The notes: generated by a model not told the origin, from the sequence alone. A stretch of 64,000 nt of DNA from Promethearchaeota archaeon (GCA_019058295.1 JAHPZI010000018.1:9478-73477); one strand, 5' to 3'; positions 38,301 to 49,367 are shown, numbered from the stretch's first letter. Numbers and translations are program-made.

Positions 38301-39740
38301 ATGAAAATTGCGCTAATTTTTCCGGTTCCGATGGACTTAAAACGAGAAGACCCTCGTCCCATGTTTTCATCATTTGCGGAACCCTTGGGACTATTATATA
38401 TCGCAGGAGTCTTAATAGATGGGGGATATGATGTATCGATATTAGATCATGGTGCAACAGATTATACATTCGATGATGTATTAAATTGGATAAAAAAACA
38501 GAATCCTGATGTCCTTGGTATTTCAGTTTTAACCCGATCTTTTCAATCGGGAATAAGAATAGCGAAATTAGCAAAAGAGTGGAACCCAAACCTAACCATA
38601 ATTTTAGGTAATTATCAAACTGTCTGCGCTGAAAGGATATTACAGAAGTATAACTTCATAGATTTGTGTGTCCGTGGTGAAGGTGAATACACTATGTTAG
38701 AGCTACTACCATTGATTCAAAAAAATAACACCAACTATGAGAATATTAAAGGAATATATTATAGAAAAAACGGAATTGTCAAATCAACTCCGCCTCGTGA
38801 ACTAGAAAAAAATCTAGATAAATTCCCAATTCCCAATCGTACATTAATTGAAGGAGTAAAATATAAAATGTCTATGGGAGGATTAGAGCTTTCTAAAGAG
38901 AAATCGGCAACTATTATGATGAGCCGGGGATGTCCTTATCAATGTAGATTCTGTTCAGTTAATCATGAGAGTTGGAGGCATAGATCAGCTCACAATATAA
39001 TTCAAGAGCTACATCTTATGGAATCTCAAGGGTATCGAGAAATCATGATTATGGATGATAACTTTACAATAAATCCTAAATGGGTAATTGAGATATGCAA
39101 AAATATTATGAAAGAAAAAATCGATTTAGTATTTCATTGTGAAGCTAGAATTGAAGGAACAAAAGAAATGTATGAATATATGAACAGAGCTAATGTTAAA
39201 ACTATTTTTTATGGTATGGAAAGCGGTAGTCAACGAGTTTTGGATTATTACAAAAAAAATATTACCCCTGCTCAGTGTAAGTTGGCTTTAAAAAAAGCAA
39301 GAAAAGCGGGAATTGATATGTTATTCGCTTCTTTTATTGTTGGTGCCCCAATCGAAACAATCAATGATATACAAAAAACAACAAATTTAGCTTTGAGTCT
39401 GGACATTGATTATGCGATGTTTCATGTGTTTGAAGTATTTCCAGGTATTAAAATCTGGGATGAATTAGTAGAACAAAATAAGGTTGATGAAAATAAATAT
39501 TGGGAATCTGGTGTTCGAGTAGCTGAACTTCCGTTTTATAATATCAATCTTGATGTTTTAATAGAAACAATAAGAAGAACTTATAAAAAATTTTATTCAT
39601 TAGCAAGACCAAAATTCATTTTCAAGCAATTTTTAAGGTCAATAAAAAGTAATTATCGTCGTGATAAATTAAAAAATCTAGGAAAAGATTTTCATTCATC
39701 GTTAAAGATGTTGGAGTCATTAAGTGAAAAAAGATTCTGA
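38301..39740 (+). CDS. Cobalamin-binding radical SAM protein
   Basis: EPLGLLYIA, RGEGE, SRGCPYQCRFC, DDNF, GMESGSQR. Confidence 0.92.
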   Translation: MKIALIFPVPMDLKREDPRPMFSSFAEPLGLLYIAGVLIDGGYDVSILDHGATDYTFDDVLNWIKKQNPDVLGISVLTRSFQSGIRIAKLAKEWNPNLTIILGNYQTVCAERILQKYNFIDLCVRGEGEYTMLELLPLIQKNNTNYENIKGIYYRKNGIVKSTPPRELEKNLDKFPIPNRTLIEGVKYKMSMGGLELSKEKSATIMMSRGCPYQCRFCSVNHESWRHRSAHNIIQELHLMESQGYREIMIMDDNFTINPKWVIEICKNIMKEKIDLVFHCEARIEGTKEMYEYMNRANVKTIFYGMESGSQRVLDYYKKNITPAQCKLALKKARKAGIDMLFASFIVGAPIETINDIQKTTNLALSLDIDYAMFHVFEVFPGIKIWDELVEQNKVDENKYWESGVRVAELPFYNINLDVLIETIRRTYKKFYSLARPKFIFKQFLRSIKSNYRRDKLKNLGKDFHSSLKMLESLSEKRF

Positions 39741-39795
39741 ATACGATTATTCTAAAAAATTTATTAAATTTGAAAATAAGAGATACTAATTAAAA

Positions 39796-40383
39796 TTAGA
39801 AAATTATGAAAATTACTACTATAAATATAAGGGAAGCTATCAATGCTATTGCATTACCTATAATCCCCAAAATCCCAAAAATGCTTCCCACTTTCTCCAG
39901 ATTATTTACTGGTTCAGAATTCTTTGCTTTCGCCCTATTCACTCTAGATAAAATTCCAAATATTGTTCCTACAATATGAACTATTATGAATATAATTATT
40001 AAAACTAATAATAATATTAGTAAGTCTTTTGTTTGATAAATAGAGTAATAATTAGAGTAAAAATTCTGGAAAATTGTTCTATAAACTAAATAATTTAAAA
40101 TATTAGAACCAATATAGTAACCAACTAATATTATACAAATAGATAATATTCCAAAGATTAAACACTTTTTTGAATGTGGACCCGGGATCGTTCTCTCTTT
40201 CTTTCTAACTGGAATTTGAATATCAGCGGAAATTGGTTTGGTTCTAGGTATCGCTACGTAGTATTGAGTATTATTGGTTCTTGATTGAGAAGTTTTAGAA
40301 ATAATTGTGAGCTCATTTCCACAGTAAATACAAAACCTTTGATTTGGTATTTTCAATTCTTTACCACAATTCGGGCAAAACAT
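39796..40383 (-). CDS. Zinc-ribbon membrane protein (paralog 1 of 3)
   Basis: MFCPNCG..RFCIYCG, then 3 TM helices with GILSRVN..EP.N...GSIFG. Confidence 0.8.
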   Translation of the reverse strand: MFCPNCGKELKIPNQRFCIYCGNELTIISKTSQSRTNNTQYYVAIPRTKPISADIQIPVRKKERTIPGPHSKKCLIFGILSICIILVGYYIGSNILNYLVYRTIFQNFYSNYYSIYQTKDLLILLLVLIIIFIIVHIVGTIFGILSRVNRAKAKNSEPVNNLEKVGSIFGILGIIGNAIALIASLIFIVVIFIIF

Positions 40384-40433
40384 TTTTTTACATCCAAATA
40401 GATTTCTATTAATTTAATATGGATTATTAAAAA

Positions 40434-40982
40434 TTATAAAAATATTAATATTAAATTTTTTTCATTTTGTAAATTAATAAATAGTAGAAATGGGAATACA
40501 AGAGATATAACTACTAATGCTATTAAATTAATGATCATTCCTATTATCCCAAACACGTTTCCAACTTGCTGATAAGTGTTAATTGGTTCCGTCTTATCCG
40601 CTTTCACACTTTTTTGTTTAGATAGAATCCCAAATATTAATCCTACCACATTAGTCGCTAGGCATATTATGAAACCTACAATATACCATCCGAATCTTAT
40701 TATTGGACCTGATATTATAATTCCAATAATTGCCAATACAATTGAAGTTATTGCATAACCTAAACAACGTCTTGAATTTTGGTACAGATCATCTGGCAAT
40801 GATTTATTAACAGAAATATAAGTATATCCTGAGTCTTTTTGCGATATAGTAGGTGATTCATACTGAGGTCTTTCAGTTCTTAATTGAGCTGTTGTAAAAA
40901 TAATTTTAAGGTCAATTCCACAGATGTGACAAAACCTTTGGTTTGGGTTTACTAATTCTGTACCACAGTTTGGGCAAAAAAT
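40434..40982 (-). CDS. Zinc-ribbon membrane protein (paralog 2 of 3), ATT start
   Basis: Frame open upstream of track start to ATT-TTT-TGC-CCA-AAC-TGT-GGT (IFCPNCGTELVNPNQRFCHICG), colinear with the ATG-started paralogs. Confidence 0.78.
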   Translation of the reverse strand: MFCPNCGTELVNPNQRFCHICGIDLKIIFTTAQLRTERPQYESPTISQKDSGYTYISVNKSLPDDLYQNSRRCLGYAITSIVLAIIGIIISGPIIRFGWYIVGFIICLATNVVGLIFGILSKQKSVKADKTEPINTYQQVGNVFGIIGMIINLIALVVISLVFPFLLFINLQNEKNLILIFL

Positions 40983-41059
40983 ACTTTATCATCCAAATAG
41001 ATTTCTATTAAATAATATTATTAAATAAAATTTAAAGATTAGTTTATTAACTAAAACTA

Positions 41060-41662
41060 TTAGAGGCTGGCAACTGCGATAACAATCCCAATAATTGTTA
41101 GGGCTAATCCCAATTCTATTATATTGAAGCTAAGCCCTAGAATCCCAAACACGCTTCCAACTGTTTTAACAGAATTTGATGTTTCTGACTTTCCAGCTTT
41201 TGTATTATTTACTCTAGATAAAATTCCAAATATTACCCCTACACTATTAGCTAATATGGATACTATAAATCCTATTAACCCAACAAACGCATACCTCGAA
41301 ATATTAATTAATATTAATATAGCACCCCCCGAAAACACACAGAATATTCCTATCGCAAAAGAAACTATAGAGAAGGCTAAACACTTTTTTGAATATGATC
41401 CTACCTCTCTTTTTTTAACTAACATTTGCTGACTAACTGGAAAACTGGTATATACTGGCGTTGACTGTGATTTAGCTATTGCTGCATCTTGTCCTCTCTC
41501 AGTTCTTAATTGAGGTGTTTTAAAATTTATCGGTGTTGGCTGTGATTTAGCTATTGCTGCATTTTGGCCTCTATTAAGAATAAGTGAAAGGTTAATTCCA
41601 CAAGTTTGGCAAAATTTTTGGTTTATTTTTACTAATTCTGTACCACAGTTTGGGCAAAACAT
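41060..41662 (-). CDS. Zinc-ribbon membrane protein (paralog 3 of 3)
   Basis: MFCPNCG..KFCQTCG, linker with duplicated RGQxAAIAKSQxTP, 3 TM helices. Confidence 0.8.
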   Translation of the reverse strand: MFCPNCGTELVKINQKFCQTCGINLSLILNRGQNAAIAKSQPTPINFKTPQLRTERGQDAAIAKSQSTPVYTSFPVSQQMLVKKREVGSYSKKCLAFSIVSFAIGIFCVFSGGAILILINISRYAFVGLIGFIVSILANSVGVIFGILSRVNNTKAGKSETSNSVKTVGSVFGILGLSFNIIELGLALTIIGIVIAVASL

Positions 41663-41775
41663 ACTTTATCAACTAATTAGATTTGTATTAAATAATTCAA
41701 TATTGTCCTATTAAATAAAATTAAAATTTTAGTTTATAAACTTTTATCATACCTTAATGAGTGAATAATAATAGG

Positions 41776-42867
41776 TTAAAACTTTTTATCAACCTCTTCT
41801 TTTTCAGCTTCATTTAATTGGCGCACTATTTTAGCCGGGGAACCATATGCTATTGAATATGGTGGAATATCCTCTGACACGATTGATCCCGCTCCTATAA
41901 TCGATCCTCGACCAATTGTGACTCCAGGTAATATGATAGAATATGCACCAATTCTCGCATTTTCGCAAACTTTAATAGGCCCAAAGCTGAATGTCCCATG
42001 TTTTATATGCATCGCATTGTGAGTTAAAAATTTAGTACCAATCCCACAACCGCTCCCATCTTCAAATTCAATTAATTCAGGTAAAAGTGGATCAGGTATT
42101 GCTTTTTGAGAAATATGGCAATTTTTTCCTATTTTCATTCCTATAAATCGAAATAATTTATTTCTGCCTCGCGGCCATCCAGCTAAATATGTAGTAAGTA
42201 AGGAAAATAAATGATTAAACGCTCCTTTGATAAACCAAGAAATTGAAAATCCTTGACTCTGAAGATATTTTGCAATAATTAACATTGGGATAGGTGTAAA
42301 AAGAAAGTCATCAGTTTCTATATTTATATATGTTATTTTGCCCTTAACTTCAATTTTAAATTCAGGCCTTTTATGCTTCCAAATTTTTCTCGCCTTTCTT
42401 AAATCTTTATAAAAGATAGACAAATCTGTAATAACTACAACTAAGATTAGACTTAGCGCAAAAATAATAGGTAGAAAGAGTATGATTAACATCAACCTTG
42501 TATTAAGTGTTAAATTCTCATTAAATAAGATACCAAAATAAGCATAATAAATTCCGATGAATGTATTCAAAACAAATCCTAATAGACTAAAGACATATAG
42601 TTTTGAACCGGTTAATTGTCTAGATTTTGCTAAGTTGTATCCAAAGACGTATAATAGAAGTAGAACAGCATAAGCAATTATAATTCCACCATAGATAAAT
42701 ACACTAAATGTGTAAAAAACTAATGACAACCAAAATACAATAGAATCATATATCATATTAATCCATGGAATTGAAAAAAAAATACGATGTATTACGAATA
42801 AAACGACAAGTACTACATTTGAAAGTAAAAGAATAAATGAAATTATAAATCCTTTTTTCATTTTCAC
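41776..42867 (-). CDS. Membrane-anchored hexapeptide-repeat (left-handed beta-helix) acyltransferase
   Basis: 4 N-terminal TM helices; GMKIGKN, ARIGAYSIILPGVTIGRGSIIGAGSIV..DIPP...GSPAK. Confidence 0.85.
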   Translation of the reverse strand: MKMKKGFIISFILLLSNVVLVVLFVIHRIFFSIPWINMIYDSIVFWLSLVFYTFSVFIYGGIIIAYAVLLLLYVFGYNLAKSRQLTGSKLYVFSLLGFVLNTFIGIYYAYFGILFNENLTLNTRLMLIILFLPIIFALSLILVVVITDLSIFYKDLRKARKIWKHKRPEFKIEVKGKITYINIETDDFLFTPIPMLIIAKYLQSQGFSISWFIKGAFNHLFSLLTTYLAGWPRGRNKLFRFIGMKIGKNCHISQKAIPDPLLPELIEFEDGSGCGIGTKFLTHNAMHIKHGTFSFGPIKVCENARIGAYSIILPGVTIGRGSIIGAGSIVSEDIPPYSIAYGSPAKIVRQLNEAEKEEVDKKF

Positions 42868-42980
42868 AATTAATTTATTATTTAATTTATAACTTTGATA
42901 GAATAATTAGAAATCATCATTAAATAATTAATATATTTTCTTAACTCAAATGATTAATCAAAATGTTTTAAAAAAATAAA

Positions 42981-43751
42981 ATGAACACATTTAATCAGAA
43001 AAAGAAGCCAAGAATTTCTATTATCGTACCCACCTACAATGAGGAGAATCATTTAAAAGAAACATTAATCGCTATTAAAAAGCAAAGATGTGATATTTCT
43101 TATGAAATCCTTGTCGCTGATGGAAAAAGCACCGATAAAACCGTTTCTATTGCTGAAAATTATGCAAAAGTATTTATTTCACCACAAAAAGGTAAGGCCT
43201 TTCAATTAAACTATGTTGCACCAAAAACTTCTGGTGATTTACTTATATTTTTAGATGCCGATACATTAATAGAACCATTTTTTTTACAGAAAATTCACAA
43301 AATTTTCAAAAGAGATAAAAATCTTTTTGCCTGTAGTGCTAGAGTTAAATATTATGATGGAAAATGCCTAACCTTTAATTTGGGTTCTCTGACTTTTACT
43401 ATAACAAGTTATTTTTTTCTTAATATTAATGCGCACTTATATTATTTTTTCAAAACGTTATTTGGCTATCCTGAACTTTCAGGCACTAATATAATTGTTA
43501 GAAGAGACATATTTTTTAAAGCTGGTGGATTTAAGCAACCACCAGAGTCATTAGGAATCGACAAGGTTTTCTCAGATTCCTTATTATATTTGAAAAGAAA
43601 ACTAAAAAGGGGCAAAATTAAAACCTTAAATTTCATTTCAGTATTTACAAGTGGAAGACATTTAACCATGCGTCGTAGTTTTAAACGTATTAGCCAATAC
43701 CATTCTAAAAAAGAGATATATTATGAATTAGCAAAAGAAATAAATAAATGA
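42981..43751 (+). CDS. GT2 glycosyltransferase
   Basis: SIIVPTYNEE, DGKSTDKT, FLDAD, GGF. Confidence 0.9.
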   Translation: MNTFNQKKKPRISIIVPTYNEENHLKETLIAIKKQRCDISYEILVADGKSTDKTVSIAENYAKVFISPQKGKAFQLNYVAPKTSGDLLIFLDADTLIEPFFLQKIHKIFKRDKNLFACSARVKYYDGKCLTFNLGSLTFTITSYFFLNINAHLYYFFKTLFGYPELSGTNIIVRRDIFFKAGGFKQPPESLGIDKVFSDSLLYLKRKLKRGKIKTLNFISVFTSGRHLTMRRSFKRISQYHSKKEIYYELAKEINK

Positions 43752-43763
43752 ATTAATATTATA

Positions 43764-44525
43764 ATGAAGATTGCACTGACCTTTGATATTGAACGCGATA
43801 TTCCTACTGTTTTAGATACATATTTTGGAGTGAAAGTTGGATTATTGAAAATATTACAAATATTAGATAATTTTAATATCAGAGGAACTTTTTTCTGTAC
43901 TGGAAATGTTGTTGAGCATCTGCCTGAGCATATAAAATTAATTGAGCGTAAAGGCCATGAAATTGCTTGTCATGGTCTAAATCATGAACGATTAAATCAA
44001 TTGAATTTTAAAGAATGTCAAGAAATAATTGATCAAAACAAAAAGATAATAGAAAAGACATGTCCAAATTCAGAGATTATTGGTTTTCGAGCTCCTAAAT
44101 TAAGACCTCCAAAATTTCTTTTCAAAATATTAAGCAATTTAGGATTTAAATATGATTCTTCAATCAGATCTCCTGAAAAGTTAAAATCTTATCAAACAAA
44201 AGATAATCAAATTCAAGAATTTCATCCTTCAAATTTCAATATATTATTTAGATTACCTCAACCTATGGGTGATTCTTTAATACGAAAATGGATCTTTAAA
44301 AAAGAGGTAGTTATATTATTATTTCATCCTTTTGAAGCAATAGATATGAAAAATTTAATATTCAATATAAAAAATGTTTCCGGTATATTTAAAAATGTTT
44401 TCTTTAGACCAGATCGTTTGGGTCATACAGGAAATAAATTTAATACAGGATTGAGCAACTTTATCAAGGAATCTATTTCTAGAAAAGCCGAATTTGTTAG
44501 CTTAAAACAATTAATTAGTGAATGA
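43764..44525 (+). CDS. Polysaccharide deacetylase (NodB homology)
   Basis: LTFDIE, TFF, HEIACHGLNH, GFRAP, YDSS, FHPFE. Confidence 0.9.
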   Translation: MKIALTFDIERDIPTVLDTYFGVKVGLLKILQILDNFNIRGTFFCTGNVVEHLPEHIKLIERKGHEIACHGLNHERLNQLNFKECQEIIDQNKKIIEKTCPNSEIIGFRAPKLRPPKFLFKILSNLGFKYDSSIRSPEKLKSYQTKDNQIQEFHPSNFNILFRLPQPMGDSLIRKWIFKKEVVILLFHPFEAIDMKNLIFNIKNVSGIFKNVFFRPDRLGHTGNKFNTGLSNFIKESISRKAEFVSLKQLISE

Positions 44526-44527
44526 GA

Positions 44528-46006
44528 TTAATAAAGTGGGGTTTTATCATCAGAAAACCTTCCAAAACCTGACATTTTTAGATGTCTAAATTGCATAATC
44601 ATTCTCATTCCAGTAGGGAAATGTTTCAAGAAATTTAAACCAAGATTTCTCTTATATGGACTTAATAGCATACTAGGAAGGAACTTTACATTTCTAAATG
44701 AAATATGTTGCCTATAAGCTTTTCTAATCAACCCCAATATAAGTTTTCTCTGTCTTTCTGTGTGAGTAAAATCCATTACTCTAAGTGAAGTCTCCCAATT
44801 TTTATCTTCATCAATAAGTCCCTTTGAGACTAGATCATCCCACATTGGGATTCCGGGCCAAGCTTCAACTACATTTAAAAAGAAAAAATCCAAACCGGAC
44901 TTCAATGCAAATTGTATTGTGTTTTGGCACTCGGATATTGTTTCATATGGAGCACCAACCATAAATAATCCAATTACAAAATCTATTTTAGCTTCTTTTG
45001 CCATTTTAATAGCTTTTAAAGACTGGTCAGGTGTTATATTTTTATTATAATAATTTAAAATTCTTTGATTAGCACTCTCGATTCCAAAACTAATAGATTT
45101 ACAACCAGCCGATGCCATTTTTTCGAAAAATTCCCTTGTAACTCTATCAACCCGCATTTCAGCATGCCAATTGATGTCAAGATTTTCATTTTTTAGTAAT
45201 TTACAAAATTTTAACACATTCTTAAGATTTAGTGAAAAATTATCATCTACAAATGCAATTTCAGAATATCCTTGTGAAGCTAAATATGAAAACTCTTCAA
45301 CTAAACGTTCAGGAGATTTAGTTCTATATTGTCTATTGGAGAATTTAGCCACGGCGCAATAAGCACACCCATAAGGACAGCCACGAGTAAAAAAAGTTGT
45401 AGCTAATTTTGAATCCATTAATTCTATTCCTGCTAAATTCTGCCGATATTGAATATTGATAAGTGAACGATCAGGAAAAGACAGATCATCTAAATTTTTA
45501 GTAACTGGACAATCAGGATTGTGTCTAATTTTTCCATTAAATTGATAACTTATTCCTAATATATCAGTAGGTTCACGAATAGGATGTTTTTCCAGATAAT
45601 TAATTAAATTAGATAAAATATATTCATTTTCTCCTCGAACACAATAATCTACGAGATGATTATACTTTCTTAAAATATTATCCGCACAAATTGTTGGATG
45701 ATAATGTCCTAATACAATTTTTACATTTGGATTCCATTTTTTAACCATCTGGGATATTTTAATGGAAGATAAAAATCCTACAGTAAATGTTGTAATTCCA
45801 ATAATTTCAGGATCTACTTTTTTTATCCATTTTAATACTTCTTCAAAACTAAATCCGTTCGATGCTTGATCTAATAATTTAACCTGATGCCCCTGTTCTT
45901 TTAAAATCGTTCCTAATAAAATAATTCCTAATGGAGGCCATTTTTGTCCATAAAATTGTTCCTTTTCTCCTAAAACTGGACTAGGATTGATGAGTGCAAT
46001 TTTCAA
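44528..46006 (-). CDS. Cobalamin-binding radical SAM protein (close paralog of 36775..38280)
   Basis: MKIALINPS, WPPLG, GHYHPT, TRGCPYGCAYC, DDNF, GIESANQR. Confidence 0.92.
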   Translation of the reverse strand: MKIALINPSPVLGEKEQFYGQKWPPLGIILLGTILKEQGHQVKLLDQASNGFSFEEVLKWIKKVDPEIIGITTFTVGFLSSIKISQMVKKWNPNVKIVLGHYHPTICADNILRKYNHLVDYCVRGENEYILSNLINYLEKHPIREPTDILGISYQFNGKIRHNPDCPVTKNLDDLSFPDRSLINIQYRQNLAGIELMDSKLATTFFTRGCPYGCAYCAVAKFSNRQYRTKSPERLVEEFSYLASQGYSEIAFVDDNFSLNLKNVLKFCKLLKNENLDINWHAEMRVDRVTREFFEKMASAGCKSISFGIESANQRILNYYNKNITPDQSLKAIKMAKEAKIDFVIGLFMVGAPYETISECQNTIQFALKSGLDFFFLNVVEAWPGIPMWDDLVSKGLIDEDKNWETSLRVMDFTHTERQRKLILGLIRKAYRQHISFRNVKFLPSMLLSPYKRNLGLNFLKHFPTGMRMIMQFRHLKMSGFGRFSDDKTPLY

Positions 46007-46269
46007 GTTATCTGACCTGCTGTTTTATTTTTTTCTTTCCGATTTTAATTATGAGTACTTATTACTAATGTGTTGTATTTTAATATGATGAGAAGATATT
46101 AATAACTTTTTTTAAGTTAATACATATTTCATTTTTTTCCCGAGTCTTTTTATAATTATATTTAAATGAAATTGTTATTATCATAGTTTGAAATATAAAT
46201 ATTATTGAACCTAATTATAATATTAAACACAAATTTAATTTAACAATAAAGTAAGGTTGGTAAAGTAAA

Positions 46270-46764
46270 ATGACAATAATGGAAGGTTGGGAAGTTTCGC
46301 CTGATAGAATTGATATGTATGAAAAAATGCAATCTATGGACGCAATAGGTGAACCAATAATTACCTCAAAATGCGTACTGGATAAAGATAATGGCTTTTT
46401 AGTAGTCAGTGATGATGGTTTTGCTTGGAGAATCAAAATGGGGATGAGACAGGCAGGTATAATGAGGGCAGCGATGTCAAGTGGAAAAAGTAAATGGGTA
46501 AGATGGCATGATGTCGCTAATATTACACCGAAAAAAAATGGTCAAATATTAGTACATTTAAAAATAAGAAAAAAGGGAGCTCTATTAAAAGATAAAAAAG
46601 GCAATTATAAAGTAAAGAAGTGGAAACTCACAATTAGAAAAGCAAAAGGAGAAGAAAAAGATTCTTTTAAACAGAGATTAGAAACTTTCAATACTATTAT
46701 GTTAGAAATTTTTAGCCGGAACGCCGTAAAAGAAGATCCTCCTACAAGTGATTCTAGAATGTAA
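46270..46764 (+). CDS. Hypothetical protein, possible PH-like fold (paralog of 47003..47635)
   Basis: GFLVVSDDGFAWR..KWVRWHDVANI; shares MEGWEVSP start and DPPTSDSRM end with the neighbour. Confidence 0.65.
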   Translation: MTIMEGWEVSPDRIDMYEKMQSMDAIGEPIITSKCVLDKDNGFLVVSDDGFAWRIKMGMRQAGIMRAAMSSGKSKWVRWHDVANITPKKNGQILVHLKIRKKGALLKDKKGNYKVKKWKLTIRKAKGEEKDSFKQRLETFNTIMLEIFSRNAVKEDPPTSDSRM

Positions 46765-47002
46765 AAGGTTATTATTTCAACTTTAAAAATTCAACATTTT
46801 TTTTCTCTTTCTATAATTTTTTTAGTATTTCCACCTTAGTAAAGAATTTTTTTATAAATTTTATTGAAGAATCTTTTTCTTCCTTTATATTGAATTGGAA
46901 TAAAAAATATATTATCGTAAAATAATACTAGAATTAAATCCATATATTATATCTAAGAAAAAAATTAAAGGTTTATCTTTTAATTAGAATGAAGGGGAAA
47001 AA

Positions 47003-47635
47003 ATGGTTCAACAAGAGAAAACTACATGTCCTGCATGTGGTAAAGCTATAAAAGTTGGGTTTAATTTTTGTATCAATTGTGGAGTTAAATTAAGTGAATT
47101 AGATGTAAGGGAAATCCCTTCTGAGGTTTCACCACCGCCACAAACTACTCCTGTTATAAGAGGAACTTTGCTAATGGAAGGATGGGAAGTTTCCCCTGGT
47201 AGAATTCCAAAATATCATAAAATGATGACTATGGATCCAATCGGTGATCCAATCATAACTTCAAAATGCAAACTTAATAATCAAAATGGCTTTTTAATAG
47301 TCAGTGACAACGGTTTTGCTTGGAGATACCAGGGAAGTTCAATGTATTCAGCAGGAAAAAGAAAATGGATAAGATGGCATGATGTAGCTAATATTATCCC
47401 AATAAAATATGATCAAGTACTAGTAGAACTAAAAATTCGAAAATATGGATCTTTAATATTAGATGGAAGCGGTAAACTAAAAATAAAAAGGTGGAAACTC
47501 ACAATAAGAAAAGCTAAGGGTGAGCAAGACGCTCAATGGCGACAAAGATTGGGAACTTTCAATCAGATTATGCTAGAAATATTTAATCGTAATAAAGTAG
47601 AAATAGATCCTCCTACAAGTGATTCTAGAATGTAA
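47003..47635 (+). CDS. Zinc-ribbon + PH-like hypothetical protein
   Basis: CPACG..FCINCG followed by a domain colinear with 46270..46764. Confidence 0.7.
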   Translation: MVQQEKTTCPACGKAIKVGFNFCINCGVKLSELDVREIPSEVSPPPQTTPVIRGTLLMEGWEVSPGRIPKYHKMMTMDPIGDPIITSKCKLNNQNGFLIVSDNGFAWRYQGSSMYSAGKRKWIRWHDVANIIPIKYDQVLVELKIRKYGSLILDGSGKLKIKRWKLTIRKAKGEQDAQWRQRLGTFNQIMLEIFNRNKVEIDPPTSDSRM

Positions 47636-47665
47636 AATGTTAAAGATTCAAAATATCATTTTTTT

Positions 47666-49120
47666 CTAATTTTTCTTTATTGATATAATTTTACGTGAGA
47701 ATGGGTCGTATTCAATTGAATCTCTTTTACTAATTACTTTTTCAATTACTTTTCTAAAAATTTTAAAGAATAAATTTTCAAATCCGGCGCTGAAAACTTC
47801 ATTTTTCCATCTAAAATTCGCCGGATGTTTAATCAATTTAAAAATTGGCACGTTATTGGATTCAAAAACTTTTTTCCCTATGATTGCACTAGTAATTGAA
47901 ATCATTTCTAGAAAATTCTTATGTCTTAAATAGTCTGGAGCATGCTCTCTACGAATATTAGACCAGCTAACAAGGTTAGATGGTGGTGTGAAACCAGATT
48001 TTATAGCCTGTTCATATATTAATGTTTGGGGATAGGGAAAGAGTATTTTTATTGAAAATTCACTTTCAGGATTTATTTCTCTTACGTTTTTTATTAAAGA
48101 AATGGTTTTTCTTATATCTTTTTTAGTTTCACCTGGAATACCAATCATCCAACTATATTCAGCGATGATATCTAATTTATTAGTAATTTCTGCACTCTTG
48201 ATTATATCTTTTATTGAAATGTTTTTATTCAAGATATTTAATACGCGTTGAGAGCCTGATTCTGCCCCAAAATACATATTACTACAACCATGTTCCTTTG
48301 CCTCTTTAGCTAATGAGTAATTCATTTGATCAACACGCAATTCAGCTTTCCATATTATATCTTTTTCTTTAAAATATTGGAATAAAATTTTAATCCGATT
48401 TGGATTTGCGAAGAAATAATCATCATAAAAAGTTATTTTCTTAACTCCAAATTTAAATATTTTATTAAACTCTTCAATGCATTTTTCAGCAGTCCACCCT
48501 CTCCAAACATTATTAAATAGAGCATTATAACAAAAAGCACATTTAAACGGACAACCACGACTGGTTATCATGTTGAAATTACCACTTTTTAAATAACGCC
48601 TTGGATTTATCAAATCCCATGGAATACTTAATTCATTTAATTCAGAACTTTTTAACAAGGCGCGGTCAGGATTATGAAAAATTTTGGCGCCGTTTTTTAA
48701 TGAAAGACCATTTATTTGACTTTTATTTTTACCACTTACTAATTCATGATAAGATTTTTCACCCTCTCCACGAATAACAAAATCTATTAACTTATTTTGA
48801 AGGGTTTGGGTTGGAAGAATAGTTGAATGGATCCCGCCCCATACAATTTTAATTTTTTTAAATTCTTTCTTAATTGATTCACAAATCTTCAATGCATAAT
48901 AAATCTGCGGACCAGTCATTACAGAAATGCCAATATACTCGGGCTCAATATCTGAAATGGCATTCTTTACTTGATGGAGTGAATCAAATCTTAAATCGAA
49001 GATTTTTACATTCACGTTTCGTTTAATCAGGTAATCCGCAATAAATAAAATAGAATAAGGGGGAGTAGGGATTTGAGTCCCAATAAATTCAAGTTGGGGA
49101 TAAATTAATATAGTATTCAT
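47666..49120 (-). CDS. Cobalamin-binding radical SAM protein
   Basis: GISVMTG, WGGIH, RGEGE, TSRGCPFKCAFC, GAESGSQR, GIPGET. Confidence 0.92.
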   Translation of the reverse strand: MNTILIYPQLEFIGTQIPTPPYSILFIADYLIKRNVNVKIFDLRFDSLHQVKNAISDIEPEYIGISVMTGPQIYYALKICESIKKEFKKIKIVWGGIHSTILPTQTLQNKLIDFVIRGEGEKSYHELVSGKNKSQINGLSLKNGAKIFHNPDRALLKSSELNELSIPWDLINPRRYLKSGNFNMITSRGCPFKCAFCYNALFNNVWRGWTAEKCIEEFNKIFKFGVKKITFYDDYFFANPNRIKILFQYFKEKDIIWKAELRVDQMNYSLAKEAKEHGCSNMYFGAESGSQRVLNILNKNISIKDIIKSAEITNKLDIIAEYSWMIGIPGETKKDIRKTISLIKNVREINPESEFSIKILFPYPQTLIYEQAIKSGFTPPSNLVSWSNIRREHAPDYLRHKNFLEMISITSAIIGKKVFESNNVPIFKLIKHPANFRWKNEVFSAGFENLFFKIFRKVIEKVISKRDSIEYDPFSRKIISIKKN

Positions 49121-49367
49121 CTTATTTCTGGTTTAATATAAAAAGAATAGGATGTAATTCTAAATATTTATTTTATATATTATTTTTCATTTTAAAGATA
49201 TTATTATATTATATACTATTTTGCTTTTATTTTTACCATTAAACTAAAAATTGAAGATTCCTTAAAGAATTATCTCGAATATAACAACTTATTAAAATTG
49301 TAAGTTAAGTACTATTAGACCTATAAAAATATAAAAAAAAATTTTAAAATAAATTAAAATATTCGAT

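Noticed and set aside
35301-49120. Naming the B12-rSAM genes grsA/grsB, bchE or hpnJ
   Set aside because: Only family-level motifs are visible; subfamily assignment needs phylogeny
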